Shown in pieces: positions 58,944 to 64,000 of a stretch of 64,000 nucleotides of DNA. A model generated the notes under the pieces. It saw only the letters and a program-made list of their open reading frames with translations. It was not told where the DNA came from and searched no databases. The DNA lies in contig OZ247587.1 of the NCBI GenBank assembly GCA_965233865.1, forward strand, positions 896,001-960,000, read 5' to 3'. A program made the translations under genes and the position numbers. Origin of the DNA: Candidatus Neptunichlamydia sp. Its GTDB lineage: Bacteria > Chlamydiota > Chlamydiia > Chlamydiales > Simkaniaceae. Each line of letters begins with the position of its first letter. The first letter of the stretch is position 1.

Positions 58944-60262
58944 GATGATTTCTTCTTGTCCTGCTTCTTTTTACCTTTGAGATAAAAAGTCAGGGGGACA
59001 CCAGTATATTGATAGGCCTTGCGGAACTGATTGATTAGATATTTTTTATAGGTATCGCCTAAAAGGCTAATCTGATTAACGAAGAAGACGAAACGGGGGG
59101 GAGCGGAGTCAACCTGCGCCATATAGTAGATACGAAGGCGTTTCCCTTTAAGCATTGGAGGATGCACCTTATGCATCACCTTCTCAATAAATTTATTGAG
59201 TTGTCCGGTAGATATTCTTTTTGTAAGATTTTCATAAACCTCTCGAATCAAAGGGAAGAGCTCATCAATTTTTCTACCTGTTAGAGCAGATCCAAATAAA
59301 GTGGGGCAGTAATTGATAAAGGATGCTTCAATCTCGAGACTCTTTTTACAATGCTCCATTCGAAATCCCTTTACAAGGTCCCATTTATTGAGAAAAATGA
59401 TGCATCCCTTTCCTTTTGATTCAATAGAATTAGCAATCCTTTTTTCCTGAGAGGTCATTCCCTCTTGGGAATCCAGCATGAAGATACACACATCGGCCCG
59501 TTCAATCGCGCGTTCGGTCCGAATAGCAGCAAATTTATCAACGACTTCAGGCTCAGATTTTTTTCGACGGATCCCTGCTGTATCAATAAAGGTAAAAGTC
59601 TCTCTTTCAAACTCTACGGCAACATCGATTGAGTCTCGAGTCGTTCCAGCAATAGGGCTCACGACGCACCGGGATTCATCTAAAAGTGTATTGATAAGGG
59701 TTGACTTTCCAACATTGGGACGACCAACGATGGCTACCTTAATCCCCTTAGCATCATCTTCTCTATCAACAAGGGGACAAGGCTCGAGAGCTGCCTGCAA
59801 CATTTCAACAATGTTATTCCCTTGAATCGCAGATACAGGAATCATCCTCTTTATCCCTAATGCATAGAATGGTGCCAGGATCGAATGGTCTTCATTATCC
59901 ATTTTATTTACAGCAAGGGTAAGTGGCTTTCCACTTTTCAAGAGAATTTGCGCAACATTTTTGTCTAAATTGGTAAGACCAATCCGAGAATCAACAACCA
60001 TGATTAAACTGTCGGCTTCTTCAATTGCAACTTTTGCCTGAAGCTTGACCTCTTCAGCAAAGGGAATCGTACTGCTTTCATCAATCCCACCAGTGTCGAT
60101 GATTTCAAAAGGACGCCCAAATAGATCCGCTTCGGTATAGAGACGATCACGAGTCACACCTTCCATTTCATCAACGATAGCGATTCGTTTTTTAGCAATC
60201 CGATTAAAAAGGGCCGATTTCCCTACATTAGGGCGCCCTATCAAAGCAATTTTTGTTTTCAT
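58874..60262 (-). CDS. der: Ribosome biogenesis GTPase Der (EngA)
   Basis: Two G domains (GRPNVGKS twice, DTGG/DTAG, NKMD/NKWD) and a KH-like C-terminus. Confidence 0.97.
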   Translation of the reverse strand: MKTKIALIGRPNVGKSALFNRIAKKRIAIVDEMEGVTRDRLYTEADLFGRPFEIIDTGGIDESSTIPFAEEVKLQAKVAIEEADSLIMVVDSRIGLTNLDKNVAQILLKSGKPLTLAVNKMDNEDHSILAPFYALGIKRMIPVSAIQGNNIVEMLQAALEPCPLVDREDDAKGIKVAIVGRPNVGKSTLINTLLDESRCVVSPIAGTTRDSIDVAVEFERETFTFIDTAGIRRKKSEPEVVDKFAAIRTERAIERADVCIFMLDSQEGMTSQEKRIANSIESKGKGCIIFLNKWDLVKGFRMEHCKKSLEIEASFINYCPTLFGSALTGRKIDELFPLIREVYENLTKRISTGQLNKFIEKVMHKVHPPMLKGKRLRIYYMAQVDSAPPRFVFFVNQISLLGDTYKKYLINQFRKAYQYTGVPLTFYLKGKKKQDKKKSSHDEVAFLEEPLLFDDEKVGSHL

Positions 60263-60337
60263 AGGCGTTCATTATACCAAACCCTTGCTTAAAAAAAAAT
60301 ATTAATAAAAAATTGTGGAGAAGGTAAACAGTAAGGA

Positions 60338-60733
60338 ATGGAAAAAAGATACCACTTCTTGCTTATTTTTTTCTTGACTGTCGGCGCCCTTGCAATTGGA
60401 ATTTCTTTCTATGTCCAATACAGAATGGAAATCCCCCCCTGTATCTACTGCAAGTTACAGCGGTGGGGGTATTTCTTTTTGGTTCCCCTCTCAATTATTG
60501 GTCTATTGATCAGGCAGAAGCGAAGATTGCTCCGGTTCATCCAAGGAATATTGGTGATAATCCTTTGGTTTGCCGCTGTTCGTACATTCAAGGATTTTTT
60601 TGGAAGTACATGCAGCTGCGCAGTAGGAGCAATGCAATGGAAAATATTAGGATTAAACGCCTCTCTTCATAGCGCGATCCTCTCTATTGCCCTATTCTCA
60701 ATGGTGCAAATTTTTCTTAAGAGACATAAGTAG
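60338..60733 (+). CDS. Minimal DsbB-family disulfide bond formation protein
   Basis: Four hydrophobic segments; PPCIYCKLQR (DsbB CxxC..R motif); second Cys pair in TCSC. Confidence 0.7.
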   Translation: MEKRYHFLLIFFLTVGALAIGISFYVQYRMEIPPCIYCKLQRWGYFFLVPLSIIGLLIRQKRRLLRFIQGILVIILWFAAVRTFKDFFGSTCSCAVGAMQWKILGLNASLHSAILSIALFSMVQIFLKRHK

Positions 60734-60746
60734 ACTTATTTCTCTA

Positions 60747-60920
60747 TTATTTGGCCGTTTTACAATAATAGCATTCTGTTGTCCCTTCATAATTATGAAG
60801 TCCACAGTTTGAGCATTTCCATTCTTCTGCTATGGGGACTACGCGACGTGATTCCGAAAAAGTCATCGCGGGAGAAAAAGATGCTACGAGTATTAAAACT
60901 GATATTGCAAAGTGTTTCAT
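60747..60920 (-). CDS. Unannotated 57-aa secreted protein with a RanBP2-type zinc finger
   Basis: MKHFAISVLILVASFSPAMTFSESRRVVPIAEEWKCSNCGLHNYEGTTECYYCKTAK: Sec-like signal plus W-x-C-x2-C-x3-N-x6-C-x2-C; GGAAGA upstream of the ATG. Confidence 0.7.
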   Translation of the reverse strand: MKHFAISVLILVASFSPAMTFSESRRVVPIAEEWKCSNCGLHNYEGTTECYYCKTAK

Positions 60921-61080
60921 ATATCTTCCAATTTAAATTTTGAGTAATTTTCAAAAACACCTATTTTATTCCTTAAGCAATATAATTTCAAGGTTATTTT
61001 TTAAGAAAAATTTTATGCCTAAGGCAATCTATGCTATATATTTCCTTAGTACATGGATTATGTTGCTTTAGTAGTCATGA

Positions 61081-61098
61081 TTGGGGTAGTCACCCCAA
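61081..61098. terminator. Hairpin just downstream of the SNF2 gene
   Basis: TTGGGGT-AGTC-ACCCCAA, 3 nt after the stop codon; no clear U tail. Confidence 0.4.
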
Positions 61099-61101
61099 AT
61101 T

Positions 61102-64000
61102 CTAAGAAAGACTCTTTAAAAGCCTGATGAGATCTTTGCGATCTAAGTGTTTAATCTGATCTTGATCATCATACCCAATTATCCCTTCTGTGAGGCTAAT
61201 CTTCCTCTCAATAAGCGCATGAATATGCTCTTCAATAGTTAATTTATTCACCATCTTAAAGACTTGAACCCCACGGTTTTGCCCAATTCTATGAACTCGG
61301 TCGGTAGCTTGATTTTCTTTTGCTGGATTCCACCATCGATCATAATGGATAACAACGGAGGCTGCAGTTAGGTCAACACCTGTCCCCGCGGCTTTCAATG
61401 AAGCAACAAAGACTTCACACTCAGGATCTTCTTTGAAGGTCTGGAGTTGTTTTCTTCGATCTTGAGTGGACCCCCTAATAGTTGCATACCCAATCTTGTT
61501 ATCTTTAAGATAGTTCTCAATAAGAGTCATCATATCGAGATACTGGGAAAAAACAACAAGCTTCTGCCCACTCCCTCGGGTTTCTTCAAGAAGTTCAATA
61601 AAAAGATTCCATTTCCCGCTTTGGTATTTTTTGTAGTTTTTAAGATCTTTATTAATCAGGCAAGGATGATTACATATTTGTTTTAAGCTATTTAGAAGTG
61701 CAAAAACATGCATATATGGAACAGCTTTATCAGGATTCGAGACGTCATTTACCAGAGCATCGCGAGATTGATTCACAATATCCATATAAAGTTTCTGCTG
61801 CTCTTCAGAAAGATAAGAGTATGCAATTTCTTCAATCTTCTCAGGAAGATCATCAAGAACATCACTTTTTTTTCTTCGAAGGACAAAAGGGTGAATTAAA
61901 CGAGAGAGGAGCATCCTTTTCTCTTGGTCATGAAGTTTTTCAATAGGATTGACAAAAAGTTCACGATACTGAGCCTGAGTTGGCATATATCCTGGAAGAA
62001 CAATATCAAAAAGAGCTTTGAGTTCTTGAAGCCGGTTTTCAATTGGAGTTCCTGAAAGACCTATTTTAGTCTTGGCCTTCAACATAGAAAGGGCTTTATG
62101 CGTTTGAGATTGCGCATTTTTAGCAATTTGAATTTCATCAAGAATTGCTACATCAAACTCGATCGTCGACAATTCTTTTCTCTCACTCCGCAGTGTTCCA
62201 TAGGAAGTGAGTAGAATGTCGGCTTTATAATTAAAAGATTTTAGAGTGCGCTGCGTTCCATAAAAAACTACGACATTCATACCAGGAAGAAATTTTTCCA
62301 AGAGATCTTCCCAATGATAAATCACAGAAGTGGGACAGACAACAAAGAATTTTTTCTTTTTCTTTCCTTCAGAGCTTTTAGCAGCAGCAAGAAGGGCCAT
62401 TGCTTGGTGGGTCTTCCCTAGCCCCATATCGTCACATAAAAGCCCTGAAAGTCCATAAGAGTAGAGAAACCATAACCACTTGGCACCCACGTCTTGGTAA
62501 GGACGTAACGTGCTTTTCAATCCTTCTAAACTAAAAATATCTGTCGTCTCAAAAGTATCAAGCTCTTCAAGAAGTGCACGCGTCTTATAAGCCTCCTCCG
62601 TTTCTTCCTTAGGCTGCTCGATATTCTCGAATGTTCGAAGACGCATCCACTGTAAAGTCGAAAGAGTAAGGGGCTCTTCTTCACTGTTTCCAACTTCTCG
62701 AAGCCAATTAAATCGAGGATCTTTAAAAAAGAGTAATCCCGCCTCAGTAATGGCATAGGAGCGGTGGCGATCAATTGCTTCTTTAATAGTGCTAAGATTT
62801 TCCTCTCCAAATTCACTGACATACGCTAGCTGCACTTCCCACTCCTTGCCCTCGGTCCTATCGATAGCATTCACTTTGAGCGTCAAGTTATGAGGCCGCT
62901 TGAGTCGACGGTCGATTTTAATGATGTAAGCCTTAAGTTTTGTCAATTCTACCGTAATAAAAAGAGGTTCTCCCGCCTCATCAATATGAGCTCTTTTCCG
63001 ATATTTTTCTGGAAGGCGTGAAGAAAGGGACATTTTACTAAAACCCTCTCCAGGCACATATGCATAATCCCCATAGTAGTGAATCTCACGACCCTGATAT
63101 TCTGAGCGATAAAAATACTCAGGCTCCACTACAATGCTCCCCTCCTCATCGATCGAAATATTGAGACCGGCTTTTTCTAAGGGGCAAACAGGGCTGAAGA
63201 AGTTTTTAATTTGTTCAAGCTCTTCTTGGTTTTCATGAATAAAAAGAGGGATTTCCCTTGCTTTTATCGCTTTACTCGGAGAAATATTTCCAAGCCCTCG
63301 AGCCCGAACTTTTCGATAAAACCCTTTCTTGTTCATGTAGAGCCAATCTCCAAAGTCAAGGATATCTTCATTCCCTTCAAATGTTCCTGACTCACTTTCA
63401 AATGTAAGCATTTTCAAATCAAAGACATAAGTTAAATGAAATTCTACATTTGAGAGGTGAATCTGAAATCCTTCGTGCTCATTGAGCCATAGGCGATGCT
63501 CATTAATAAAGTCCCCGATCTTATCAGCCGAAACAACTGTATCGAGGTCTTCAAATAACATCTCTTTGAACGGATAAAACCCATTTCCATCAAGATAAAC
63601 CCACGGTAAGAACAGTGCTGCTCCTTCCTGTTGCAAGTCTCCTTTCTCAAAAGCATAACACTCGATATGAAGCTGCCTTTTTTCATCAAAATATAAATCA
63701 TAAAGCGGAGTCACCACTTCTCGAGAGAGAATCGCTCCTTCAAGATATCTTTGCACTGCTTTAAAGTTTTTCTGCAAAAAGTCCCCAAGTTTTTCCTGTG
63801 AAACAACTTTTTTCTTCAATAGGGGGCTTGTTTTTGCTGGAAAGAACCCACTTGTAGGAAAAAATTCCCAGTCATCTACTTTTACCATTCCTTCCCCTCT
63901 TTTTTCCTCTAGAGGCTCTGAGGAAATATGAAGCTCTTTAGCACCTACATCGTAGCGCATTTTTTGCACTCTTACATCTCGAAACTCATGAACAGAAAGA
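61102..64000 (-). CDS. SNF2/SWI2-family DEAD/H helicase (N-terminus runs off the window end)
   Basis: LRPYQ, LCDDMGLGKT, ILDE, SGTPIENRL, LRRKK, WWNPAKENQATDRVHRIGQ; the frame remains open from 63969 to 64000. Confidence 0.93.
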   Translation of the reverse strand, partial: LSVHEFRDVRVQKMRYDVGAKELHISSEPLEEKRGEGMVKVDDWEFFPTSGFFPAKTSPLLKKKVVSQEKLGDFLQKNFKAVQRYLEGAILSREVVTPLYDLYFDEKRQLHIECYAFEKGDLQQEGAALFLPWVYLDGNGFYPFKEMLFEDLDTVVSADKIGDFINEHRLWLNEHEGFQIHLSNVEFHLTYVFDLKMLTFESESGTFEGNEDILDFGDWLYMNKKGFYRKVRARGLGNISPSKAIKAREIPLFIHENQEELEQIKNFFSPVCPLEKAGLNISIDEEGSIVVEPEYFYRSEYQGREIHYYGDYAYVPGEGFSKMSLSSRLPEKYRKRAHIDEAGEPLFITVELTKLKAYIIKIDRRLKRPHNLTLKVNAIDRTEGKEWEVQLAYVSEFGEENLSTIKEAIDRHRSYAITEAGLLFFKDPRFNWLREVGNSEEEPLTLSTLQWMRLRTFENIEQPKEETEEAYKTRALLEELDTFETTDIFSLEGLKSTLRPYQDVGAKWLWFLYSYGLSGLLCDDMGLGKTHQAMALLAAAKSSEGKKKKKFFVVCPTSVIYHWEDLLEKFLPGMNVVVFYGTQRTLKSFNYKADILLTSYGTLRSERKELSTIEFDVAILDEIQIAKNAQSQTHKALSMLKAKTKIGLSGTPIENRLQELKALFDIVLPGYMPTQAQYRELFVNPIEKLHDQEKRMLLSRLIHPFVLRRKKSDVLDDLPEKIEEIAYSYLSEEQQKLYMDIVNQSRDALVNDVSNPDKAVPYMHVFALLNSLKQICNHPCLINKDLKNYKKYQSGKWNLFIELLEETRGSGQKLVVFSQYLDMMTLIENYLKDNKIGYATIRGSTQDRRKQLQTFKEDPECEVFVASLKAAGTGVDLTAASVVIHYDRWWNPAKENQATDRVHRIGQNRGVQVFKMVNKLTIEEHIHALIERKISLTEGIIGYDDQDQIKHLDRKDLIRLLKSLS

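Noticed and set aside
61102..64000. SNF2 helicase as part of an anti-phage defence island
   Set aside because: No methylase, nuclease or other defence genes in view, and SNF2 helicases are common chlamydial genes; its upstream context is outside the window.
1..64000. tRNA, rRNA, tmRNA or CRISPR arrays
   Set aside because: No cloverleaf/T-loop or repeat-spacer pattern recognised in the intergenic regions by eye; tRNAscan-SE and Infernal would be needed to exclude them.

Overview
A 64-kb chromosomal segment from a member of the phylum Chlamydiae, most likely a host-associated environmental lineage outside the Chlamydiaceae. This is inferred from the ATP/ADP translocase, the YtgC-YtgR fusion, the chlamydial-type secretin and gene order resembling Chlamydia core blocks (ytg-ddbA-npt1-lepA; rsmH-ftsL-ftsI-murE-amiA; TPR chaperone-dnaA; nqrBCDE-gcvH-ligase-clpC-ptsN-dut-accD; hemC-radA-rnc). 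Most of the window is housekeeping. Mobile DNA is limited to one 5'-truncated IS256 and two decayed IS630 copies. I saw no rRNA, tRNA or CRISPR. The main findings are: (1) a stand-alone 1607-aa CdsC/SctC-like secretin whose single N3 ring domain is expanded to about 12 tandem copies, followed by a TPR lipoprotein; (2) an unannotated 57-aa signal-peptide protein with an exact RanBP2-type zinc-finger motif, next to a minimal DsbB; (3) an unannotated 28-aa ORF whose RBS lies inside a perfect palindrome; (4) rsmH split at a T9 homopolymer; (5) a HemC-HemD fusion lacking the cofactor-Cys domain; (6) an HCF101-like Mrp heading the iron-transport operon; (7) Ser instead of Thr at both Na+-NQR flavinylation sites; (8) amiA terminating inside an IS256 end. 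All family assignments are from motif recognition by eye. No database searches were run.
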